The translations under genes were made by a program, and so were the position numbers. From a virus (taxonomy: Duplodnaviria; Caudoviricetes), in IMG/VR virus record IMGVR_UViG_3300023174_000335, positions 1-39,408 of that record: a stretch of DNA of 39,408 nt; one strand, 5' to 3'. Below, piece after piece: positions 28,601-36,011 of this stretch. Position 1 is the stretch's first letter. Each line of letters opens with the position of its first letter. Under the pieces are notes generated by a model that saw only the letters and a list, made by a program, of their open reading frames with translations, ran no database searches and had not been told where the DNA came from.

Positions 28601-29129
28601 CTTTATTGTCTGGGTTACCAAACTGACTAGTTGATGGCAATGCTGCATTTATTACTTTGATAAATTGCTCGTACCAATTACTATTGGCATTATCATTCCA
28701 AACTATTTCCTGTCCACGTAAATTTCTGCCATTGCTATCAATGATATCTTGCGTTGTGCTAACACTTTGAAATTTAAGTAATCCATTGGCTGCAAGGTTA
28801 CGTTTGGCATTATAGCCAATAGTTCTTGATAATCTCAGTACACTTTCTCTTCGTTCAGCTAATTCTAAAAAATTATCACGAGCATTTAGGTCTACTCTAA
28901 AAGCAATACTTTGACCTAAAAAAGCAATCATATCTATTAAAGCTAGATATTCGCTGCTTTCAATATAATCATTAAAGTCTTCTGGATAATTTTCTCTTAG
29001 ATAGTCTACCATGACCCTACGAAGATTTTCAAAATCATAACTCTTAAAGTCCGCATTGCGATAACTTTGATAGATTTTCTTCCAATCTTCTGATACTAGC
29101 AATCTATTTTGTCTATTGGTCGATGACAT
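25659..29129 (-). CDS. gp6: Baseplate wedge subunit, T4 gp6 / baseplate J family (enlarged, 1156 aa)
   Basis: N-terminal YDFENLRRVMVDYLRENYPEDFNDYIESSEYLALIDMIAF...FLELAERRESVLRLSRTIGY, then FSDGTFGTLP, ETNEQIKINAP...QNRMITAEDY, and C-terminal NWDFGDSFYFSEL. Follows gp25. Confidence 0.85.
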   Translation of the reverse strand: MSSTNRQNRLLVSEDWKKIYQSYRNADFKSYDFENLRRVMVDYLRENYPEDFNDYIESSEYLALIDMIAFLGQSIAFRVDLNARDNFLELAERRESVLRLSRTIGYNAKRNLAANGLLKFQSVSTTQDIIDSNGRNLRGQEIVWNDNANSNWYEQFIKVINAALPSTSQFGNPDNKAVIYNIPTEQYRLQTLNTVIPVYTFNKVVDGRTMNFEVVSTIIENGIDIVEDPPQAGKSLAFLYRDDGRGAASPSSGFFAHFRQGSLNTGTFSISNPSTNEIIDIDADNINNTDVWLYKLNSRGVESEFWAKVPSFEGNNIIYNSLKKNIRNIYSVITRTNDRVSVAFSDGTFGTLPMGNFRIYYRISNGLRYTINPKDIKNVVVDIQYISNTGQSEVITITMGLQTSVNNSAPFETNEQIKINAPATYYTQNRMITAEDYNISPLSVSQEIIKIKAVNRSSSGISRYFDLNDPTGKYSSTNLFGDDGVLYKQTYEDSFRFNYINKTDIEGVIYNQVFNFIKDINLRNFYYDNYGKTVVIYNNLTWNQVTQDTNQCTGYFADLAQTVIGTTNSDLKNIEPGALIKFEAKTGFYFDRSNENTLVTIPNSGIPIGGSTYVWAKVVSVTNNGLGSNTDDPTGILTSGNGAITLNNQIPSNTRLVNIIPRWRTTLDTATITNIIDLIFANKPFGLRYDIPSKNWKIIFESNLNIIDSFNIGKSGDNSNQKLDSSWLLLFTTDTEYYNVKARKLKYIFESDKQIRFHYDSTNKIYDTRSNTIVKDQIKILNINTNPASLNQIIPFTYNLDWEIHKEFLGIDGYVDTKKIEITFNDSNDDGVVDDPNIFDIIVDPSTDQSRYIILEKYEISNGQTDYRYVKNKISNDKNLVEIKPSIGSIINKIADQYYYFIDTNTVQKWDAAKGRFIANLDYKVFQGRSDLKFQYIHSADYESRIDPGQINIMDLYVLTKQYDLDFRRWLIGKLDTEPLPLSSDQLNLTLSKELNSIKAMSDEVIYHPVKYKVLFGSNASLNLRASFKVIKNPEQIISDNEIRTSVLSAINEFFSVENWDFGDSFYFSELVTYIMNKTTPYLVNIVIVPRQPDLHFGSLFEIKAESDQIFINGATTDDIEVITAITASNISADGAINVTNTVVSQQNISSSTGEY

Positions 29130-29147
29130 TGACTATCCTTGTATTTG

Positions 29148-29156
29148 ATATTTATA
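29148..29156 (-). promoter_or_regulatory. T4-type late promoter TATAAATA(T)
   Basis: Exact TATAAATA at 29156-29149 in the gp25-gp6 gap, followed by an AAGGA SD. Confidence 0.75.
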
Positions 29157-29176
29157 GTAGATAATAAACTACTAGT

Positions 29177-29617
29177 TTAACCAATTAATCCGTTGGCTTG
29201 ATCAAATCTAAATCTCAATGATTCAGACACATCATAGGGCAAGTAAGTTAATTCACATTCAATTTGAATTCCGCTTTCATAGGCTGTAACAATTATGTTG
29301 TTGGCTATTACTCTAGGTTCATAATTGATAATATCTTCTACATTTTGTGCTATCAGTGCTTGTAAATCTTCAGTTAATGGTTCAAAAATTACATCCCAAA
29401 TTATAGTACCAAACTCAGGATTCATTAATCTTTCGCCCTGTCTTACATGAAAATGATTGATAATATCTTGTTTAATTAAGGATAGATCATAAAGAGCAAA
29501 TGATTCACTTTCATCACTTACTGTGCTAAACCCTCTGTATGTTCTAGGCAATGGTGGTTCTGATTTGGGTGAACGACCTTTTACAACTAATTTTTCATAA
29601 AGACGTTGGATAGCCAT
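29177..29617 (-). CDS. gp25: Baseplate wedge subunit / sheath initiator, gp25 (GPW) family
   Basis: LIKQDIINHFHVRQGERLMNPEFGTIIWDVIFEP...INYEPRV is the gp25 signature. Located between the spike and gp6. Confidence 0.9.
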   Translation of the reverse strand: MAIQRLYEKLVVKGRSPKSEPPLPRTYRGFSTVSDESESFALYDLSLIKQDIINHFHVRQGERLMNPEFGTIIWDVIFEPLTEDLQALIAQNVEDIINYEPRVIANNIIVTAYESGIQIECELTYLPYDVSESLRFRFDQANGLIG

Positions 29618-29619
29618 GA

Positions 29620-31362
29620 TTATTTTTCCTTATTAATTTTAGCAAAGGTATCTGTACTGGTCGTGTATTTTTGCTTGTCAGCAGACCATCCTGACCAATA
29701 CTCTGGTTGATTTTTATCTATTAATAAAATTGATTCACTATTTTCTTCATTTCTTCCATCAATATCTCTGTCTGTTTTTTCAGGAGTAAATTTTTGTGGA
29801 TCTAAATTTTCATGATGTGCCCATGGCTCATGTGTCGGCACACGGCGCATAATCGTGCTAGATAATTTTTCACCATATTCATCTGGCAAACTATGAGTTT
29901 TTAGCACTTTAGGCAATTCAGCTTCGGCTGCTGTGGCTGCTGTACTTGCTTCAGGAGCTGCTGGTCCATTGAGATTAATTTTACTAGCCTTAAGAACTAA
30001 AGTTGCCCCACCAATGCTAGTTGCTCCACCACCAGTCCATCTACTGGCTCCACCGCTTTTAATATCAAGGGCTCCCCCAGCAGTGATTACATTATTTCCT
30101 CCAGAATTAAGTTCTGAATTTCCTCCAGCAGTTAATTTATTATTGCCTCCGCTTTTAAGGTCAAAATTGCCACCATTTTTATGCAAATGATTTAGATCAA
30201 TAGTGGTGTTAACATTGCCTTGGATCCAATTAGCCTGATTACCTTTTACTATGGTATTTTGATCAGCAACTACTTCAGTTTGCATTTCTCCGCCAACTTT
30301 GGTGTTAAAATTACGACCACATTCCATATTGATATCTCTATCAGCATAAAGATTTAAATCATTTTTTGTATGAACACTGATACTGTCTTCTGCATAGATG
30401 TCTATTTTACCATTGCTGGTTAGTTCTATCCAAGTAGTACCACGGGCATTGCCTATATAGATTAGGTCTTCACTGTTGTGTAATAATATTTGATGTCCTG
30501 TTCTAGTTCTTAGCCTAATTAATTCGTTATGGGGAATAGTAACATCTCCCCCAGTTTCCTTTCCTTCAACTGAAGCATACTCAGGTGGTGCTTCGCTTGC
30601 TGGTTTCTTTCTAAGAAATTTATCATCTCCGTCATCCATAACAAAACTAGAACCGCCCAATCTGCTAACAAAAGTTGTAGCTTCGTTATCTATTTTACCT
30701 GATTTAGCTTTTTTTGCACCGTCTTGTTTGTCTACGGGACCAGGTGTACTAATGCCAAAAACAGCGCTAGGCCATTCTCTTCTTGCACTGCTGCTTGTAA
30801 TGCCTCTAATATCATCCAGTAATAAACCTTGCTGATCTAATATATCTTTAAAAGGATGAATAGCTTTTTTAGTTTTAGTTAGATCAGAGGGACACATATC
30901 AATTGCTTTTAAATTATATTCAGCAACAGGCAACCGTTTTTTAATAGTTTCATTATTATAGGTTGTTGACGCATATCCTGGGGTCATAAAATTCACACCG
31001 GGGTTTTGTGCGTTATGCACGCAACCAATCCAATAACCTTTTTTAGGATCTCCCTCTACAAATATGACCATTACAATGGATCCCACATCAGGAGGAATCA
31101 TCCACATGCCATAACTTTTTTGTGAGTTATTATAGTCTAGTTCTGTTGTGGCATATTCTGAATCAGTATATCCCATAAAAGGACTCATGTATCTTACTTG
31201 GTGTAATTGACCTTCTTTTTTATTATCACTGCCAACCTCTCGTAAAAGTTGTACTTGTAAGTTGCCCATATATGCTGGATCTAAAAAACTAACAATTTTG
31301 GCTAGATATGGTCCTGGATTATTACTACCTGTTCCTGTGGCTGCCCTTTTACTATCTGCCAT
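29620..31362 (-). CDS. gp5: Baseplate central spike, gp5/VgrG-like (OB fold plus beta-helix, no lysozyme domain), 580 aa
   Basis: OB-fold motifs DPAYMGNLQV and PPDVGSIVMVIFVEGDPKKGYWIGC, then RTRTGHQILLH...TWIELTSNGKIDI, and 8-residue beta-helix repeats (GGNFDLKS GGNNKLTA GGNSELNS GGNNVITA GGALDIKS) ending KINLNG. Confidence 0.85.
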   Translation of the reverse strand: MADSKRAATGTGSNNPGPYLAKIVSFLDPAYMGNLQVQLLREVGSDNKKEGQLHQVRYMSPFMGYTDSEYATTELDYNNSQKSYGMWMIPPDVGSIVMVIFVEGDPKKGYWIGCVHNAQNPGVNFMTPGYASTTYNNETIKKRLPVAEYNLKAIDMCPSDLTKTKKAIHPFKDILDQQGLLLDDIRGITSSSARREWPSAVFGISTPGPVDKQDGAKKAKSGKIDNEATTFVSRLGGSSFVMDDGDDKFLRKKPASEAPPEYASVEGKETGGDVTIPHNELIRLRTRTGHQILLHNSEDLIYIGNARGTTWIELTSNGKIDIYAEDSISVHTKNDLNLYADRDINMECGRNFNTKVGGEMQTEVVADQNTIVKGNQANWIQGNVNTTIDLNHLHKNGGNFDLKSGGNNKLTAGGNSELNSGGNNVITAGGALDIKSGGASRWTGGGATSIGGATLVLKASKINLNGPAAPEASTAATAAEAELPKVLKTHSLPDEYGEKLSSTIMRRVPTHEPWAHHENLDPQKFTPEKTDRDIDGRNEENSESILLIDKNQPEYWSGWSADKQKYTTSTDTFAKINKEK

Positions 31363-33788
31363 TATGGACCCCCTACTGCATTTTCATATCCTGTTGGAGG
31401 AGTAAATGCAGATTTTGCAGGTGATTTGTCTGAAGAGTCTGTGGGTTTTAAATCTTGATTCATCATTCTCATTAATTTTAATTGTTGGGTAAAAACATTT
31501 CTTTCAAAGGAACTTTCAACTTGATATACTCTATATAATCCGCTGAACTCAGGAACTATCTTTCCTTTATTTCCAAAATCATATAATCCTTCATTAGGGT
31601 TAAGATCAATGGGATTTCTAAAATTTACTAAAATATAAACTTCGCCATCTTGTGCATTCATAGCACCATCAGAGTTCATTTCAGGAACATTTGTAGCTTT
31701 TGCTGAGTAGTTGCCTATTCCACTGTCAGCTATATAAAATGGATCTCCTAATATTTTCATATTAAGTGATATCATATCAGTTCCAGTGTTTATGGCCTTG
31801 TTAAATTGTCTAGCAGCAATTGTACTGGCATCATCCCCAGCAGTAATACCTCCTACTTTGGCATTCATTGAAGTTTCTGAATATAACGTTATTACTTTAG
31901 TTTGAGCCTGTCCTGGATTATAATTAGTCTCATCACTGTCTAAATTACTCGCCCCAAAAATATCAGCTGCGTCTCTTTCAACATCAATTTTCTTTCCACC
32001 TTGCTCTTTTTCTTCTTCTTGTAAATTTTGTTGTAACGATTCATTATTTTTGCCTCCATCAGCATTGAGTGCTTGATAAAAACTTGTTTTAAAATCAATA
32101 CTAAAATCTAAAATATCAAGATTTTTTCCAGTATACAAGTATTCGTATTTTTTAACTGCATTGTACTTTTTTTCTTCAATTTTTTTAGCTGGCTGAGCAC
32201 CTGGAACAAAATTTGTATAGTCAATTTTATAAGGCACCACTCTAAAAACACTTAGTGTTGGGTAACGTTGATTGCCTTTTAATTTTTTATTAGTTGATAG
32301 TATATAACATTGTGTTTCAATTCTCCACCAATTTACTTTATGATCTTTGTCAATATTAGATGGGTCTAAGGCTCTTCTTCCATAATCACTAGCTAGTACA
32401 ATTTCGTTAATGGCATCAGTGATACTAGTGTTTGCTTCAAATTTTGCTGTACCTTGAGTTTTTGAAATCTGTAAACTTCCTCTGGTAAATGTTCCAGTTT
32501 TTTCATCATAGACAGCATCTTCTCTACCAAAAGCTGCTTCTGCTTTTTTTACATCGTCACCAAATCCAATAGGACTTTTACCGATAGGATTTAAATTTTC
32601 TTCTTTTTGAAACAAACTATCTTCTTTAGATTCAACACCCAATTTTGAAAAAATAACACTATCGCTTTCCTTACTGGATGCTGCTGGTGCGCTCACTGTT
32701 GCCGTTGGTGGATCTTTTTTGTCATCAGTTTTATTAGAATTATTGCCTGTTTGTAAATCTATGGGAAATATTATTAATACTCTGTCTGGTTCAATTTCAA
32801 GCTTTTTAGCTTTTTCTCTAAGTGAATCGTTAATGACATTTTGCAAACTTAGTTTTTTTTCTTGTGATCCAGTCTGTAGCATTTGCTGTACTGTTCCGCC
32901 TTCTATACTGGTAGCACTTAATAATTTATTAACATCAGTGCTATAGGCTTTTTCATTCCATGGATATGCCTCACATTGGTACACTGTGCCTTGTCCAGTA
33001 ATTTTCATACTGACTTCTCTAAGTTTGATAGGAATATGCTTTCTAGACAACGCTGCTCTAAAATTTTGTTGATTTGCTGTTTTATGCCCTTTAAATTCTA
33101 AACTTAATAGCATGGGCATATCTAACCAATTGGCCCAACCAGCTTGAAATGCTGCAACTTGAACTGTTTGAAAGAACAGCCCTGTGCTATACGGTTCTAC
33201 AATTTGAAAACTTACAGATGTAGAATTAGTATTCCCTGTAGCTTGGTTAAAACCTATTATGCCGCTAATTCGAACGTTATCTATAAAAGCATCAAATCTT
33301 CCAGATGGATTTGCTTTACTTTTGAAATTGGTTAATCTTATGGCGTTGCTGTTAAGAATATCTCCAGTACCGCCACTTTTTAAAATTATAGGTCCAAGAA
33401 TATCTTTTCTATACGTCTCATCAGGAAAGTTTATGGCAACTCCACTAAGAACACTTAGAGTAAAAAGACAATTATAGCTATCAAAATCATTGAGTTCATT
33501 GGGAAATGGCTCACCTGGAATTCTTTCAACATATTCTAAATCTTTGCCAGATAATAATATTCCATTCAAATCTATAGCTACATTTTTATCAATTTCTGGA
33601 TCAATAATCTTTCCAGGTATAGGTTTAGTTATACCTCCTAGACTAGAAAGGCCACCTCCTAATCCAGGAATTTTATTTTGCAATCCACTTAATGCTCCTG
33701 AAACACCATTGGCTAAATTGACATTTTCTAATTTTTTAGTGACAAAATTTTTGGCTGTGGTAGCAGCTTTGGTTATATCAAATCCCAT
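31362..33788 (-). CDS. Putative baseplate hub protein (gp27/late-control-D-like), 808 aa
   Basis: Lies between the LysM and spike genes. The C-terminal MKILGDPFYI...FSGLYRVYQVESSFERNVFTQQLKL is typical of hub proteins. Confidence 0.65.
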   Translation of the reverse strand: MGFDITKAATTAKNFVTKKLENVNLANGVSGALSGLQNKIPGLGGGLSSLGGITKPIPGKIIDPEIDKNVAIDLNGILLSGKDLEYVERIPGEPFPNELNDFDSYNCLFTLSVLSGVAINFPDETYRKDILGPIILKSGGTGDILNSNAIRLTNFKSKANPSGRFDAFIDNVRISGIIGFNQATGNTNSTSVSFQIVEPYSTGLFFQTVQVAAFQAGWANWLDMPMLLSLEFKGHKTANQQNFRAALSRKHIPIKLREVSMKITGQGTVYQCEAYPWNEKAYSTDVNKLLSATSIEGGTVQQMLQTGSQEKKLSLQNVINDSLREKAKKLEIEPDRVLIIFPIDLQTGNNSNKTDDKKDPPTATVSAPAASSKESDSVIFSKLGVESKEDSLFQKEENLNPIGKSPIGFGDDVKKAEAAFGREDAVYDEKTGTFTRGSLQISKTQGTAKFEANTSITDAINEIVLASDYGRRALDPSNIDKDHKVNWWRIETQCYILSTNKKLKGNQRYPTLSVFRVVPYKIDYTNFVPGAQPAKKIEEKKYNAVKKYEYLYTGKNLDILDFSIDFKTSFYQALNADGGKNNESLQQNLQEEEKEQGGKKIDVERDAADIFGASNLDSDETNYNPGQAQTKVITLYSETSMNAKVGGITAGDDASTIAARQFNKAINTGTDMISLNMKILGDPFYIADSGIGNYSAKATNVPEMNSDGAMNAQDGEVYILVNFRNPIDLNPNEGLYDFGNKGKIVPEFSGLYRVYQVESSFERNVFTQQLKLMRMMNQDLKPTDSSDKSPAKSAFTPPTGYENAVGGP

Positions 33789-33789
33789 A

Positions 33790-34095
33790 TTAGTTCCCTA
33801 AAACTTTCATTAAACTGTTGGATTTTGGTATGTAAAACTGAACTCCTGGAACAAAATCAAATATGGGATCTTGTATAATATCTAAATTACGTTGCATAAA
33901 AACCCACCAAAGATCAGGTGTTCCATATAAATCATAACTTAATAGATCTGGTCTATAGGCATATTGACTTTCTAACGTATAAAGATAATCATCAAGTTCG
34001 GCACTAACTGGTCTGATGGATAATATGCCTAGATACTCTCTAGTTATTTCTGTATTATACCAAGGACTGTTTGAATTATAAGCTGTTACATTCAT
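33790..34095 (-). CDS. gp53: LysM-type baseplate wedge protein (gp53/tail X-like), 101 aa
   Basis: YRPDLLSYDLYGTPDLWWVFMQRNLDIIQDPIFDFVPG...YIP is the gp53/LysM-like signature. Confidence 0.8.
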   Translation of the reverse strand: MNVTAYNSNSPWYNTEITREYLGILSIRPVSAELDDYLYTLESQYAYRPDLLSYDLYGTPDLWWVFMQRNLDIIQDPIFDFVPGVQFYIPKSNSLMKVLGN

Positions 34096-35111
34096 TATAG
34101 ATATCCTTGACCTTTATATCCACCTTTGACAAATTCTTCTAAATTAAATTGACGTACCTGCGTTCTACTATACACAGGCATGATCGTTACACTAAATTGA
34201 CTGCTTGTTGGCACATGTGATGGTGCAACTAACATTTCTTTAGTTGCTGATTTATCTCCGGCTCCCCCACTAATACTCTTTGCTATACTAGCCCCATTAG
34301 AAAGAAAATTTAATACTTGACCAACATTTGTAGCACCAACTGCACTGGCCACCCCAGATAATAATTTAGCGTTTGCACCAATTTTATCTAATTTAGATGC
34401 GCCTGCTCCGCCTGTCGAACTTCCCGATGAACCTGGTGCTTGTTTCATTATATCTACACTGATATAATCAACTTCCTTAGGCAATGTTACACTGAAACTT
34501 TTAACCACAACAGGAATGTTTTTAAAAACATAATCGCCATAGGCACTGAATTTTAATATGGGAGGTGGATTTCCCACATAAGCATTTTCTCCAGCATACA
34601 TTTTAGTAACACTTCTTAAAAAATGCACAGCAGCAATCCAATATAATGCTTCATTATAATCTTGAACAAAAAAATCGCCATTTATTTGTATATCACTAAC
34701 TTTACTGTTTTGATAGGCCACAAATTGATAATTTTGATGCGTAAGGGCCTGCTCTGTATAACTAGCATTATGACTAATGGTAATAGTGGGAGTATATGGA
34801 AATATTAATCCGCCAGATTCTCTTATAGGTTCTAATATCTGACCTTTTCTAAAAACTTCATTTACATCACTCATACCTGGGAGATATAATCTAGCTCTCC
34901 AATCTTTACTGGCATCTGTGACAAAGGTGGCATTAGCACCAGCAGCACCAGCAGCTTGGCCACCTTTTGGAAGATTAATACTGCGAATTGCACTAAGTAC
35001 TTTGCTGGGATTGCCTGAAGATAATGCAGATCCTAGGCTTGAAACTACGCCAAGACCACTAGATACGGCCCCAAAAGCACTTTTTGCACTACTGATTGGA
35101 TCAAAAGGCAT
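34095..35111 (-). CDS. Putative tail-tube initiator/baseplate junction protein (gp48/gp54-like); likely start is ATG 35111 rather than GTG 35120
   Basis: Motifs LIFPYTPTI and PPILKFSAYGDYVFKNIPVVVKSFSV suggest a tube-like fold, and it is the first gene before LysM-hub-spike. An AAGGAG SD lies 8 nt upstream of ATG 35111, whereas GTG 35120 overlaps that SD. Confidence 0.6.
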   Translation of the reverse strand: MPFDPISSAKSAFGAVSSGLGVVSSLGSALSSGNPSKVLSAIRSINLPKGGQAAGAAGANATFVTDASKDWRARLYLPGMSDVNEVFRKGQILEPIRESGGLIFPYTPTITISHNASYTEQALTHQNYQFVAYQNSKVSDIQINGDFFVQDYNEALYWIAAVHFLRSVTKMYAGENAYVGNPPPILKFSAYGDYVFKNIPVVVKSFSVTLPKEVDYISVDIMKQAPGSSGSSTGGAGASKLDKIGANAKLLSGVASAVGATNVGQVLNFLSNGASIAKSISGGAGDKSATKEMLVAPSHVPTSSQFSVTIMPVYSRTQVRQFNLEEFVKGGYKGQGYL

Positions 35112-35130
35112 AATCACCACTCCTTGGCTA

Positions 35131-35138
35131 ATATTTAT
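35131..35138 (-). promoter_or_regulatory. Late promoter motif ATAAATAT heading the baseplate operon
   Basis: Same 8-mer as in four other gaps, located ~6 nt upstream of the AAGGAG SD. Confidence 0.65.
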
Positions 35139-35167
35139 TTGACTTTATAATATACATATATTATAAT
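35139..35167 (+). promoter_or_regulatory. Sigma70-type promoter TTGACT-N17-TATAAT for the gp55-gp47-gp46 operon
   Basis: -35 TTGACT at 35139-35144, an exact 17-nt spacer, -10 TATAAT at 35162-35167, then an AGGA SD and ATG at 35190. Confidence 0.8.
35145..35166. repeat. Perfect 10-bp inverted repeat TTATAATATA-CA-TATATTATAA (candidate operator)
   Basis: Arms at 35145-35154 and 35157-35166 are exact reverse complements. The repeat covers the promoter spacer and most of the -10 box. Confidence 0.7.
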
Positions 35168-35189
35168 ACACCTATCATAGGACTGACTG

Positions 35190-36011
35190 ATGACCGTAAA
35201 CTATCTTAATAATCGTGATCTCTTAGAGGAAATTCATAGAAGTAAAAATTCCTATAGCGTATACGCTAGTCCAGAATATCATCAATATGATATTATTCTC
35301 CCTAGTTTGGACAAAATTAATATTAGAACCACAGCCGAAGCCAAACGCAATCGTGCCAAACGAATTGGCGATGAAAATTACTCACGTAGAAAAGCAGCAG
35401 GTGAAAAAATCAAAATGGCTGACTGCGAAATTGATTATAAAAAAATCCCAAAGCTTGATCTAGTATTTAGGATCATGACCTATGAACATATTCCCGTAAA
35501 CAAAACACGCAAGAAAAGTCAAAAGACCGAAGCTGACGGCAGAGACAAAGTAAACTTTCCTCCCTTCCAACATTGGAAGTTTGACGAAAATGATGAACTA
35601 ATTTGTGTGGGCAAAAGTCATTGGAAAGGCACATTAGACAAAGGTCGATTCAGCAAGGATCACGGACAGATTTCAAATAACCTTGCCCGTATGTATATCA
35701 AACTGTGTGAGCGATATGCTACCCGAGGCAACGTCAGAGGTTACACTTACAACGATGAAATGCGAGCACAGGCCATACTGCAATTAACCCAAATAGGATT
35801 GCAATTCAACGAGTCAAAAAGCAATAATCCCTTTGCATACTTTACTGCTGCGGTGACCAATAGTTTTGTACGCATTATCAATATTGAAAAGAAAAATCAA
35901 AACATTCGAGACGATATCTTAGAAATGAATGATATGGCTCCCAGTTATACTAGAACCAGTAACGCTGAATACTCAGCTGGATTACGTAGACATGAACGTG
36001 AGGAAGAATGA
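35190..36011 (+). CDS. gp55: Late-transcription sigma factor, T4 gp55-like, 273 aa
   Basis: N-terminal NYLNNRDLLEEI and C-terminal GYTYNDEM...FNESKSNNPFAYFTAAVTNSFVRIINIEKK match gp55 motifs. It sits directly upstream of gp47/gp46 as in T4-like phages, and cognate TATAAATA-type promoters are present. Confidence 0.85.
   Translation: MTVNYLNNRDLLEEIHRSKNSYSVYASPEYHQYDIILPSLDKINIRTTAEAKRNRAKRIGDENYSRRKAAGEKIKMADCEIDYKKIPKLDLVFRIMTYEHIPVNKTRKKSQKTEADGRDKVNFPPFQHWKFDENDELICVGKSHWKGTLDKGRFSKDHGQISNNLARMYIKLCERYATRGNVRGYTYNDEMRAQAILQLTQIGLQFNESKSNNPFAYFTAAVTNSFVRIINIEKKNQNIRDDILEMNDMAPSYTRTSNAEYSAGLRRHEREEE

Noticed and set aside
29155-29179. Overlapping short inverted repeats (TAGTAG/CTACTA and TAAACTA/TAGTTTA) as a terminator after gp25
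   Set aside because: The stems are only 6-7 bp and AT-rich, one has a 1-nt loop, and there is no U-tract. Chance occurrence is plausible at this AT content.
25659-35111. Bacterial T6SS, eCIS or tailocin locus instead of a phage
   Set aside because: The adjacent gp55/gp47/gp46 genes, T4-type late promoters and absence of T6SS membrane or ATPase genes indicate a lytic phage genome.
642-35142. Short plus-strand ORFs in the track (e.g. 642-824, 3617-3820, 9224-9544, 14837-15157, 29933-30190, 33490-33801, 34918-35142) and the nested minus-strand ORF 7049-7243
   Set aside because: They are antisense or out-of-frame shadows of long genes, mostly with non-ATG starts, no SD and no recognisable motifs.
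35120-35190. Replication origin at the strand switch
   Set aside because: The AT-rich palindrome is explained by overlapping promoters, no iterons are visible, and the skew change follows coding-strand orientation.
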